Assembly: GCA_020348925.1 (NCBI GenBank)
Contig: CP070758.1
Coordinates: 372,001 to 436,000, forward strand
DNA length: 64,000 bases
Source: Gemmatimonadota bacterium
GTDB lineage: Bacteria; JBHIER01; G020348925
Reading direction: 5' to 3'
Below are positions 9,383 to 20,573 of this stretch, in pieces. Every line of letters begins with the position of its first letter. Positions within the stretch are counted from its first letter, which is position 1. A program made the position numbers and the translations under genes. The notes below the pieces were generated by a model. That model searched no databases. It worked only from the letters and a program-made list of their open reading frames with translations, and was not told the DNA's origin.

Positions 9383-10703
9383 GCTCATCGGGAAGCAGGT
9401 GCACCATCCCCGCTTCGGCGACGGTGTGATCGAGGGGGTACGCTGGCAGGACTCTTTTGTCCAGGTCAGGTTTGGAACGCACCACACCGTCTGGTTACCC
9501 TCGGAACAGATGAGGCTTGGAAAGCGGGTGGAGAAACCGCTTTCCAGAAAGATAAGAAAGCCGGTCAAAATACAATCGAAGGAAAGGCCCGTTCGGCAAA
9601 GAAGGATGATCGAGGCCTTCCGTCACGGCATTGTCCCCCATAGTGACATCGAAGTATTCACCTTCGGCCGTAAAGCGGAGTTGCAAGAGCTGGAAGGGTG
9701 CTTTGATACGGTGAACGAACAGGGCGGCTGTCCCCTCATTATTGAAGGCCCGTACGGAGCAGGAAAGACCCATTTTCTCGATTATGTCGAAGCTCTGGCT
9801 GTGAAGCGCGGATACGCCGTGGCCAAAGCTGCTTTGGACCAATGGGAGGTGGCACCGACCCGCCCCCTCCGCGTCTACCGGGAGCTGATGGCCTCTTTTC
9901 GTTTTAGGGGGGGCGGATTTCGAGAATTTTTAACCGAGGCGTCCCGCCTGAAATTGGATCCACCCCACACCTTTCTCACGCCGGCACTGAAAAAAATCCA
10001 TAAGGGCAAGGCCGATCCTCTTCTGTGGCAATGGATCGCCGGGGAACGAAATCCCCGATTCTATCTCAACGAATACGGTTCTTACTGGAAGTTACCGGTA
10101 CTGCTCACTCACTCCACTGCGGCCGACATCTATGCCTTCATCCTCAGCGGCATGGGCTGGCTGGCCAAGGGGATCGGGCTCAAAGGGCTCGTCCTCCTCC
10201 TCGACGAGGTGGAGGCCACCTTCAGGCTTATGAACGACCGGGATAAAGCCTTCGGATTCTTAAGGGGCCTCATTCACGTCGCCCTCAACACGAAAGAGTT
10301 GACTTCGAAGGAAGAGGGAGAACGCTTCCAGCTCTATCACTCAAGGGTGCGCACGACACCCTACATTTACAGAATACCGTCGAACATCCTTCTCATCATC
10401 GCCCTCACGCCGGTCTGGTCCGTCGTTTATCAGGAATTGAAGGAGCTGGTCAAAGACAGGGTTGTAGCCCTGTCGAGCTTCACCTCCGAAGACTACGGCC
10501 AGATGTTCGAACAACTGGCTGTTCTCTATCAGTCGGCTTTTCCCAATATGGATTTTCGGTGTGACCTGGACCATGTCTTTCATACCCTCATAAACTGCAG
10601 AGACCGAGGGATCCGCTTCTTTATCAAGGCCTCCGTGGAGGCCCTTGATCTCCTCAGGCACCATCCCCAGCAAGAGCCCTCCAGTGTATTGAAGTATGAG
10701 TAA
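9366..10703 (+). CDS. Second DUF2791/BrxD-like P-loop ATPase with N-terminal Tudor/SH3-like segment
   Basis: IEAFRHGIVP...FTFGR, Walker A GPYGAGKTHF, Walker B GLVLLLDEVE; N-terminus VHHPRFGDGVI. Confidence 0.8.
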   Translation: MAVNSKLIGKQVHHPRFGDGVIEGVRWQDSFVQVRFGTHHTVWLPSEQMRLGKRVEKPLSRKIRKPVKIQSKERPVRQRRMIEAFRHGIVPHSDIEVFTFGRKAELQELEGCFDTVNEQGGCPLIIEGPYGAGKTHFLDYVEALAVKRGYAVAKAALDQWEVAPTRPLRVYRELMASFRFRGGGFREFLTEASRLKLDPPHTFLTPALKKIHKGKADPLLWQWIAGERNPRFYLNEYGSYWKLPVLLTHSTAADIYAFILSGMGWLAKGIGLKGLVLLLDEVEATFRLMNDRDKAFGFLRGLIHVALNTKELTSKEEGERFQLYHSRVRTTPYIYRIPSNILLIIALTPVWSVVYQELKELVKDRVVALSSFTSEDYGQMFEQLAVLYQSAFPNMDFRCDLDHVFHTLINCRDRGIRFFIKASVEALDLLRHHPQQEPSSVLKYE

Positions 10704-12720
10704 GCTTGATGGCAATATAAAAAAACAGCTCCGGAAAACGTGGTTGCCCTTCTTCAGCAGGTTCGGTAAACTTCTGGAAGTCCAGCGACAGTGTATCCCT
10801 GAGATCCTTCGGGGAATCAACGTAGTCGTCTGCTCCCCGACCGCATCGGGGAAGACGGAGGCAGTCTTAGCGCCTCTTGTGGAAAGGCTTCTGGCCGAAG
10901 ATTGGGAGGGGCTATGCATCTTGTGGATCTCTCCCACCCGGGCTTTGGTCAATGATCTCAAGGCCCGGTTCACTCCTCCTCTGAAGAGTTTAGGTGTGAG
11001 CTTTGCTCGCAAAACCGGTGACAGACCGGAGTTCGATCCCTCCTGTCCGGCGTCAGTGCTCATTACGACTCCTGAATCCTTCGACTCTCTCCTCTCCCGT
11101 CATCCGGGCGCGTTTCAACAGATCGAAGTCATTGTCCTGGATGACATCCATCTGCTCGACGGTACCTACCGCGGAGACCAGGTTCGGGTCCTCCTGAAAC
11201 GACTCAAGCGGCTTCGCAAAAAGGAGATTCACACCTACGCCCTCTCGGCGACCATTGCCGATCCTGTTGTCCTCGGTCAACGGTATATGTCCGATTTCAG
11301 CGTTGTTGACGTGCCTTCAACGAAGGAGCTCGAATTTTTGCTCCTGAATGCAAACGAACCTTTTGTGGATGATCTCATACTCGAATTCAAACGACGAGAC
11401 GTAAGAAAGGTTCTCGTCTTCGTCAACAGCCGGGCTGAGGCCGAAGCTCTGGTGGCCCGATTTCGGACCCCCCCCTTTCTCCATAAAACGTTCGCTCACC
11501 ACGGAAGCTTGAGCAAAAGGGAGCGCGAGGAGATCGAGGGATTTATGAACATCTCTCCCACGGGCATTTGTATTGCCACAACCACCCTTGAGCTGGGTAT
11601 AGATATCGGAGACATCGACGCTGTCGTCCTCTACGGCCCCCCGCATGACGTTCGATCGCTCCTTCAGCGTGTGGGCCGTGGAAATCGAAGACGGCAGGAC
11701 CGGGCCCTGGCCTTTGGAGTATACAACGACGAATGGGAAAAACTCCTCTTCGAGGTTCTCTTTCACGAGGCACAGGCAGGGCGATTGGAGTCTGAAATGT
11801 ACAGTCCTCATCTCTCCGTTGGTGTGCAGCAGATCTTTTCATACCTCCACCAAAGAAGGCACGTCGGAACAACGCTGCGCTCTTTAAAGAGCGTCTTGTC
11901 CCCCATCGTCCCGGAAGAATCCATCCACCCTCTTTTAAATCATCTGATGGATAAAGAGTACGTCGAAACCTCAGGAGATACCATCTTTGCTCCCTCAGAC
12001 AAACTGCTCCGTCTTTCCCGGCGTGGATTGATCCACTCCAACATTGAGAGCAGATCTTCGGAATACACCGTGCTGAACGCAGATGGCGGTGGGCCATTGG
12101 GATCCATTCAGATCCTGACACCTTTCTTTCGACTGGGGGGGAGAACATGGAACGTCGTGAGAATCCAGAAAAATACCGTTTGGGTCAAGCCGGCTCAACA
12201 AGGACTGCTCTATGCAGGTCGAGCATTCAAGGGTAAAAATATTTTCTGGGACTTTCGATTGGGTTTGAGATTGAAGGAGCGACTGCACCCTGCTCTTGCG
12301 CCGTATGAATACCCCTTTCGAAATGCCAAGGGCGCCCTCTACCTTTTTCACCTCAGTGGTCCCATCCACGGGTTTCTCTGGCAAGAAGCGTTACGAAAGT
12401 CAAAATTTGAAACCCATGATTCCGAGGGAACGTTTCTCACTGTTGAGGGAGTCTCAGAACCTGACCAACTCAAACCGGACAAAGGCCAGCTCCTTCAGGC
12501 GATCTTGGACAACACGAAATATCTAAAACGAATCCTGCCTCTCGGGGCTTATTTCCACCTACTGTCTAAGGATCTCCAGCCCCAGGCAGTCGGTCATGCT
12601 CTCAACATCGAGGCTTTTTACGAACATCTTACGAAAATGAAATTTAAAGAGATTTCAGAGGACGCGTTCAACGCGACTTTGGCACTCTTAGATTATCAGA
12701 CGGTATCACCGGCTCAGTGA
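10696..12720 (+). CDS. Lhr-like DEAD/DEAH-box SF2 helicase
   Basis: SPTASGKTEA, SPTRALVND, ITTPES, motif II DDIH, SAT, HHGSLS, ATTTLELGIDIG, QRVGRGNRR. Confidence 0.9.
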   Translation: MSKLDGNIKKQLRKTWLPFFSRFGKLLEVQRQCIPEILRGINVVVCSPTASGKTEAVLAPLVERLLAEDWEGLCILWISPTRALVNDLKARFTPPLKSLGVSFARKTGDRPEFDPSCPASVLITTPESFDSLLSRHPGAFQQIEVIVLDDIHLLDGTYRGDQVRVLLKRLKRLRKKEIHTYALSATIADPVVLGQRYMSDFSVVDVPSTKELEFLLLNANEPFVDDLILEFKRRDVRKVLVFVNSRAEAEALVARFRTPPFLHKTFAHHGSLSKREREEIEGFMNISPTGICIATTTLELGIDIGDIDAVVLYGPPHDVRSLLQRVGRGNRRRQDRALAFGVYNDEWEKLLFEVLFHEAQAGRLESEMYSPHLSVGVQQIFSYLHQRRHVGTTLRSLKSVLSPIVPEESIHPLLNHLMDKEYVETSGDTIFAPSDKLLRLSRRGLIHSNIESRSSEYTVLNADGGGPLGSIQILTPFFRLGGRTWNVVRIQKNTVWVKPAQQGLLYAGRAFKGKNIFWDFRLGLRLKERLHPALAPYEYPFRNAKGALYLFHLSGPIHGFLWQEALRKSKFETHDSEGTFLTVEGVSEPDQLKPDKGQLLQAILDNTKYLKRILPLGAYFHLLSKDLQPQAVGHALNIEAFYEHLTKMKFKEISEDAFNATLALLDYQTVSPAQ

Positions 12721-13124
12721 TGATGTATTGGCTTTCGTCCACGAGCCATAGCCGCTTTCTGCTGCTCCCACAACGTTAAGTCATTCATCACGGTCACCGA
12801 AAAAAGTGAACAGGCGCGAAAAGCTTCGGCTGAAATATCGCTAGAACAATCGGGAACGGTAATCTTTGGACTCGTGCAAGGAACATAACCAAGGTTTCAG
12901 GACGCGGTCAGCTTCGCCTGCGACATGAACGACCGTGTCGCTGGAAAAGGCCATGATGCATCAATCGAGATTTTATGAAAGCGATTTTCGAAAGTTTGAA
13001 ATAGAATTTCGCTTCTTATTCGAGGGTTGATCAATAAGGCGGTGAAGGGGGACCAGGTATCAGGCTAAGGAGATTGTTTCGCTCCTTTCACTCATTCGCA
13101 CTGACAAATAATCATGAAAAGTGG

Positions 13125-13610
13125 TTACAGTGCCTCCAACATCTTATGAGAGATCACCTCCCCGTAGGAAATGATCTTTGAGTTGAAGCAGTTGATGGCG
13201 TTACAGATTCCGATGGAGTGCTGCATGCTGGCCTCCGTATCGAGGAAGATCGCCTTGATCTCCCCTTTACCGCAGGTGCATTGGTCGATAGTCGGAAATT
13301 CGACATCGCACTCCGGACACAGAATGGCATTGACGTCACCCGAGGTCACATCCACACCGATTTCGACACGCGTATATTCTCCGTAAACCGGGCTGAGCAC
13401 GATCTCACCCTCCTCGCTGTTGGCTTTTCTGATCTTGTGTCGTATCCCAGGATGACCGTTGAATTTCACGTGTCCATCCATAAGATTATGACCCTTCGGG
13501 CAGAAGCATTCCTTCACAACAAGAACTTTTTTCTTCTGTTCTTCCTCGAGAATTTGCTTCGGGTCCGGGATTATGAGAAAGCCCTTTTTGTCAAACCTAC
13601 TCTCCGTCAT
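13125..13610 (-). CDS. Cys-rich hypothetical protein (possible metal-binding)
   Basis: GGAGG RBS before ATG 13610, overlapping the gyrA 3' end; CxCPxGH, CPxC, CxC, CxxxxC motifs. Confidence 0.7.
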   Translation of the reverse strand: MTESRFDKKGFLIIPDPKQILEEEQKKKVLVVKECFCPKGHNLMDGHVKFNGHPGIRHKIRKANSEEGEIVLSPVYGEYTRVEIGVDVTSGDVNAILCPECDVEFPTIDQCTCGKGEIKAIFLDTEASMQHSIGICNAINCFNSKIISYGEVISHKMLEAL

Positions 13611-16068
13611 GGACCACCTCCACATATGGGGTATTGTTTCCCTCATCTCTGATCATGAGTCGGGCTACATCTATAACCTTGTCACCTTTATCGAGCCTGA
13701 TGAGTTTCACGCCCTGGGTATTCCTACCGATGGTCTTAATACCGATGATGGGCAGACGAATGACGACACCTTTCACCGTAATGATCATAAGTTCGTCGTC
13801 ATCGACGACCTCCTTGATGGTCACCATCTTTCCGTTCCGTTGGCTGGTGCGAATCGTGATGACGCCCATGCCCGCCCTGTGCTTGACCGGATAATCCATC
13901 ATTGAGGTTCTCTTCCCATATCCGTTTTCCGTCACCACAAGGAGGGTTCCCTCGCGTTGAACCACCACCATGCCCACCACCTCGTCGCCTTTGCGCAGTT
14001 TCACTCCCTTGACTCCTTGGGCGGTCCGGCCCATATCACGGACCTCGCTTTCATTGAAACGAATCGCCTGGCCATCCCGTGTTCCGAGAATAATATCCTG
14101 GGAACCGTTCGTCAGCTTCGCTTCGATCAGTTGGTCTTCCTCCACAATATTGATGGCATTGATTCCACCTCGACGCGGGCGGCTGTAAGCCATGAGGTTT
14201 GTTTTTTTGACAAGACCGCCCTCGGTCGCCATAACGATATAGTGGCTCTCATCGAACTCCTTGACCGACATGATGGCCGCCACTTTCTCGCCTGATTCCA
14301 TCTGCAAGAGATTAACAATTGCTTTGCCTTTGGCCAGACGTCCCCCTTGGGGAATTTCATGAACTTTGAGCCAATAGCAGCGCCCTTTATCGGAAAAGCA
14401 GAGTATATAGGCGTGGGTTGAAGCGATGAAGAGATGCTCAATAAAATCCTCCTCCTTCGTGCCCGCTCCTGTGACTCCTCTTCCTCCTCGTCGCTGTCGT
14501 CTGTAGGTCGTAATGGGACATCGTTTGATATATCCGGCATGAGAAATGGTGATAACCATCTCCTCTTCGGCAATGAGATCCTCAATGGAGAATTCGCCCA
14601 CTTCAGCAAGAATTTCCGTCCGCCTCTCGTCAGCGAATTTGTTCTTCAGCTCTATCAATTCACTTTTAACTATATCGAGCTGCATTGCACGACTTTCTAA
14701 AACCGCCTTGAAATGAGCGATCTTTTTTATAAGGTCCAGATATTCACTCTCGATCTTCTCCCGCTCCAGTCCGGTTAAACGCTGCAACCTCATATCCAAT
14801 ATAGCTTGGGCCTGGACTTCACTTAGTGAAAACTGTCTCATCAATCCATTTTTAGCCGTCTCCGGGGTTTTTGATTTCTTGATGAGGGCAATAACGGCAT
14901 CAATATGGTCAAGGGCTATCTTCAAACCCTCTAAAATGTGTGCCCTCTTTTCAGCCTTCGACAGATCGAACTTTGTTCTTCTGACTATCACCTCATGGCG
15001 ATGATCAATGAAACATTGCAGGAGGTCTTTGAGATTGAGAACTCTGGGTTGACTGTCCACCAAGGCCAACAGAATGATCCCAAAGGTTGACTGCATCTGG
15101 GTATGTTTATAGAGTTGATTGAGAATCACCTCCGCCTGTGCGTCCCTCTTCAGCTCCAGAACGATGCGCATGCCATCCCGATCCGACTCATCCCTCAAGT
15201 CACTGATGTCCGTTATCCTCTTTTCCCGAATGAGTTCAGCTATTTTTTCAATGAGATTCGTCTTGTTGACCATGAAGGGAATTTCTGTAATAACAATATT
15301 CTCGCGCCCGGTTTTCAAAGTTTCGGTACTAGCCCTCGCTCTCAACAGAAGGCGGCCTCTCCCTGTTCGATACGCATCGGCTATTCCGCTCCTTCCAAAG
15401 ATCAGACCCCCGGTGGGGAAGTCCGGTCCCTGGATATATTCCATAAGTTCCTCGATGCTCATATCGGCATTTTCAATCAAAGCAACCAAACCGTCGATCA
15501 CCTCAGCCAGATTGTGGGGTGGGATGTTGGTGGCCATGCCGACAGCGATGCCAGAAGACCCGTTACAGATAAGATTGGGGAATTTCCCCGGAAGAATTGT
15601 CGGCTCTTGCCTCGTCTCATCATAATTGGGTTGAAAATTAACCGTCTCCTTCTCCAGATCAGACAGCATCTCCATGGCGGCTTGATTCAGGCGAGCCTCC
15701 GTGTACCTCATGGCTGCCGGGGGATCTCCGTCAATCGAGCCGAAGTTACCCTGCCCTTCGACCAAGGGATAACGCATATTAAAATCCTGGGCCAATCGGA
15801 CAAGGGTCGGGTAGACCACCTGTTCACCATGAGGATGGTAATTTCCCGAGGTATCGCCCGCAATTTTTGCGCACTTGCGATGCGGACGACCCGGACTCAA
15901 ATTGAGATCATTCATAGCCACTAGGATGCGCCTTTGTGATGGTTTCAGCCCATCACGAACATCCGGCAGGGCTCTGGAGACGATGACGCTCATGGAGTAG
16001 TCTATATAAGAGTTTCTCATCTCCTCTTCGATATAAATAGGAATGACGTTCTCACGACGAATGGCCAT
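13597..16068 (-). CDS. gyrA: DNA gyrase subunit A
   Basis: SYIDYSMSVIVSRALPDVRDGLKP, HPHG, AAMRYTE catalytic Tyr, GyrA-box QRRGGRG, C-terminal pinwheel repeats. Confidence 0.99.
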   Translation of the reverse strand: MAIRRENVIPIYIEEEMRNSYIDYSMSVIVSRALPDVRDGLKPSQRRILVAMNDLNLSPGRPHRKCAKIAGDTSGNYHPHGEQVVYPTLVRLAQDFNMRYPLVEGQGNFGSIDGDPPAAMRYTEARLNQAAMEMLSDLEKETVNFQPNYDETRQEPTILPGKFPNLICNGSSGIAVGMATNIPPHNLAEVIDGLVALIENADMSIEELMEYIQGPDFPTGGLIFGRSGIADAYRTGRGRLLLRARASTETLKTGRENIVITEIPFMVNKTNLIEKIAELIREKRITDISDLRDESDRDGMRIVLELKRDAQAEVILNQLYKHTQMQSTFGIILLALVDSQPRVLNLKDLLQCFIDHRHEVIVRRTKFDLSKAEKRAHILEGLKIALDHIDAVIALIKKSKTPETAKNGLMRQFSLSEVQAQAILDMRLQRLTGLEREKIESEYLDLIKKIAHFKAVLESRAMQLDIVKSELIELKNKFADERRTEILAEVGEFSIEDLIAEEEMVITISHAGYIKRCPITTYRRQRRGGRGVTGAGTKEEDFIEHLFIASTHAYILCFSDKGRCYWLKVHEIPQGGRLAKGKAIVNLLQMESGEKVAAIMSVKEFDESHYIVMATEGGLVKKTNLMAYSRPRRGGINAINIVEEDQLIEAKLTNGSQDIILGTRDGQAIRFNESEVRDMGRTAQGVKGVKLRKGDEVVGMVVVQREGTLLVVTENGYGKRTSMMDYPVKHRAGMGVITIRTSQRNGKMVTIKEVVDDDELMIITVKGVVIRLPIIGIKTIGRNTQGVKLIRLDKGDKVIDVARLMIRDEGNNTPYVEVVHDGE

Positions 16069-16113
16069 TCTTCAATTTTCTCCTTCTCATACGATAGAGT
16101 TTACATTGTCTTG

Positions 16114-18347
<2,234 letters not shown>

Positions 18348-18459
18348 TTTTACGCTGAAACGGCTTTTATTGCCAGAACACCTGTAGCATTTCTTCGTTC
18401 TTGCATTCTGTGAAAAGCATCCGAGTCATAAGGTTTAAATTCTCTTTTTCGTCTTTGCT

Positions 18460-18776
18460 TTATACTTTTTTTGTACTCTGTCTCTCAGAGATACCACACG
18501 GCGATTCTGAAACTCCAAATACACATGTGCTCTTCATCTTTGAATGAATTGTATCCACGTATTGTACTCTGAAATAAGGTTCTCCTTGAGTTATCCTATT
18601 TTACTTTTGTTTTGATTAGGAATTGAATTTGACGAGCATAGAGACTGTTTCTTTTCAAAGAGATTTATTTTGCCCTGAATGTTATTCTCAAAAAGATGGT
18701 TCTCCTCGTCATGAAACGCGAAATCTATTTCTCTACCCTTTCTCTCATTCTTCAAATACAGTGATTTGAGAATCAA
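18460..18776 (-). pseudogene. recF: Degenerate, truncated recF remnant
   Basis: AGGAG RBS + TTG; MILKSLYLKN...F....N.L..NNIQGKINLFE resembles the RecF N-terminus with a decayed Walker A; continues after a frameshift as ITQGEPYFRVQ; occupies the canonical recF slot between dnaN and DUF721/gyrB but only ~470 bp are available. Confidence 0.65.
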
Positions 18777-18817
18777 ATATTCGTACTCCTTCTATGTACC
18801 ATCAATATGTATTCTTT

Positions 18818-19930
18818 TTAATTTAGACGAAGAGGCATGATAAGACAAAGATAGTCTTCATGCTCCTTCTGCTCTGAGGGGTATATAATTCCAGCTGTTG
18901 TCGGTGTGCTCAATTCGAATTTGACTTCTTCGCTCTCAATGTGCGATAATATTTCCAACAAATATTGAGCATTGTATCCTACATCCATGGGTTCTCCGTT
19001 ATACTCGGCATCTATTTCCTCGTTCGCCTCACCACCGATTTCTTGATCCAAAGCCGAAAGAATAATCTTATCTTTATTAAGAGAGAATTTTACCTGGTGC
19101 GTAATTGCATTTGATAAGATCGAAACTCTTTTAACTGAGGATGAGAGAATATCTCTATTTACTTTGAGTATCTTGTCGTTATCTGATGGAATAACCCGCT
19201 CGTAATTTGGATATGTTTCTGCAATGAGCCTGGAAAAGATTCGCGTTCTACCGAGTTCGAACAGTACATGGTTATCTCCTATTATGATTTTTTCCAATTC
19301 ATCCTCCTCGCTTCGAAATCGGTTCAAACAATTAAGGGCTTTTGCAGGGATAATTACTTCTTTTTCTGTTTCTCTTTTTATTTTTTCAGTATTTACAATT
19401 TTGGCTAAACGATGTCCATCGGTTGCTACCATTCGCATCTCATCTTTTTTTATGTGCCATAAAACACCGTTTAGAGCCGGCCTTGTTTCATCAGTAGAAT
19501 ATGCAAACACGCTTTTTTCAATCATTCTATGAAGCAGAGAACCATCAACTTTGATCTCTGTGCCTTCAATATTTTGAGGAATATCGGGAAATTCGTCCTT
19601 TCGGAAGCCCAAAATTTTATATGTGCCAAGAGGGCTCGTTATTCTCATCTGTTCTTTTTCAAGATTGAATTCTAAGGTTTTATCAGGAAGCTCTCGTATC
19701 ACTTCAGCAACTTTTTTTGCTGGTAGAGTTATTTCTCCTTCTGTTTTTGTCCGAACAGGTATATGGGTTATAATGGAAACATCAAGATCTGTGGCAGAAA
19801 TTGATAATTCATTTTCACCGTTTTGAAAAGCGGCATTTGAGAGAATAGGCAATGTGGATTTTGATGGAATAATACTAAGGATCGCCTGCAGACCTTTTAA
19901 AATTTCACTCTGTTTGACATTGAAATTCAT
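18818..19930 (-). CDS. dnaN: DNA polymerase III beta clamp
   Basis: STLPILSN, SATDLD, DETRPALNG, VATDGHRLA, YPNYERVIP, C-terminal LIMPLRL; GGAG before ATG 19930 (alternative start 19942). Confidence 0.98.
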   Translation of the reverse strand: MNFNVKQSEILKGLQAILSIIPSKSTLPILSNAAFQNGENELSISATDLDVSIITHIPVRTKTEGEITLPAKKVAEVIRELPDKTLEFNLEKEQMRITSPLGTYKILGFRKDEFPDIPQNIEGTEIKVDGSLLHRMIEKSVFAYSTDETRPALNGVLWHIKKDEMRMVATDGHRLAKIVNTEKIKRETEKEVIIPAKALNCLNRFRSEEDELEKIIIGDNHVLFELGRTRIFSRLIAETYPNYERVIPSDNDKILKVNRDILSSSVKRVSILSNAITHQVKFSLNKDKIILSALDQEIGGEANEEIDAEYNGEPMDVGYNAQYLLEILSHIESEEVKFELSTPTTAGIIYPSEQKEHEDYLCLIMPLRLN

Positions 19931-19942
19931 TTTACACTCCAT

Positions 19943-20573
19943 GCGCTAAGGTTCTAAAAAAGAATAATTAAAGTGCTTTTAAAATAAACAATTTTTCGTC
20001 TTATTGCAAGGAAAAAGTTTGTCCGCGGTAGTGACGTTACAACAATATAATTATTTATTTTTATTGTAGATACATTGTCGGTGTAAGTTTCAAATATTTA
20101 GAAACGTTACCTTTGCATTGACCTATTTTGAGAATGATAAAACATACAAGACTATAAGTAATATAATTAAGTTATATTAAATTATATGGATACGGGAGAT
20201 TGCTTAGGTGTCTGTCTCATAAATATAACATTGTTACATTATTCCATAGGTACCATCATTTCATGAAGCGAGATTTCTCTCTTCGTTTTAGAAGTTTTTA
20301 ATAATTTTAATGGTTGTTGGTGTTGGTACATAATTAGAGAACAATATTATTAATAGTTCTATTTGTAATTTATATATTGTAGTAGTAGTAGAGGCTGTTC
20401 TTTTGTGCATAAGATTTGTTCCATTCTTCCTGAATGGATACGCTGTTTAGGTTTAATAGGGGAGTGAAGCTGTGCATAATTGTGTGGAAAATCTCAAGAG
20501 TTAACATTTCTTCTGGATGATTATACAAGGTGAAAGTTATGGACATTTTTTTCACATGTTTTGTACCCGCTTT
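19943..20573. other. oriC part containing the DNA unwinding region (dnaA-dnaN intergenic)
   Basis: DnaA boxes TTATGCACA (minus, 20404-20412 and 20471-20479), TTTTCCACA (minus, 20483-20491), TTTTTCACA (20548-20556); TAG repeats 20380-20391 next to a very AT-rich tract. Confidence 0.85.

Noticed and set aside
4-12720. Head-on orientation of the left gene block relative to oriC as evidence of a genomic island
   Set aside because: The housekeeping ruvB-queA-isp block is also head-on, and no integrase, flanking direct repeats or clear compositional boundary was visible.
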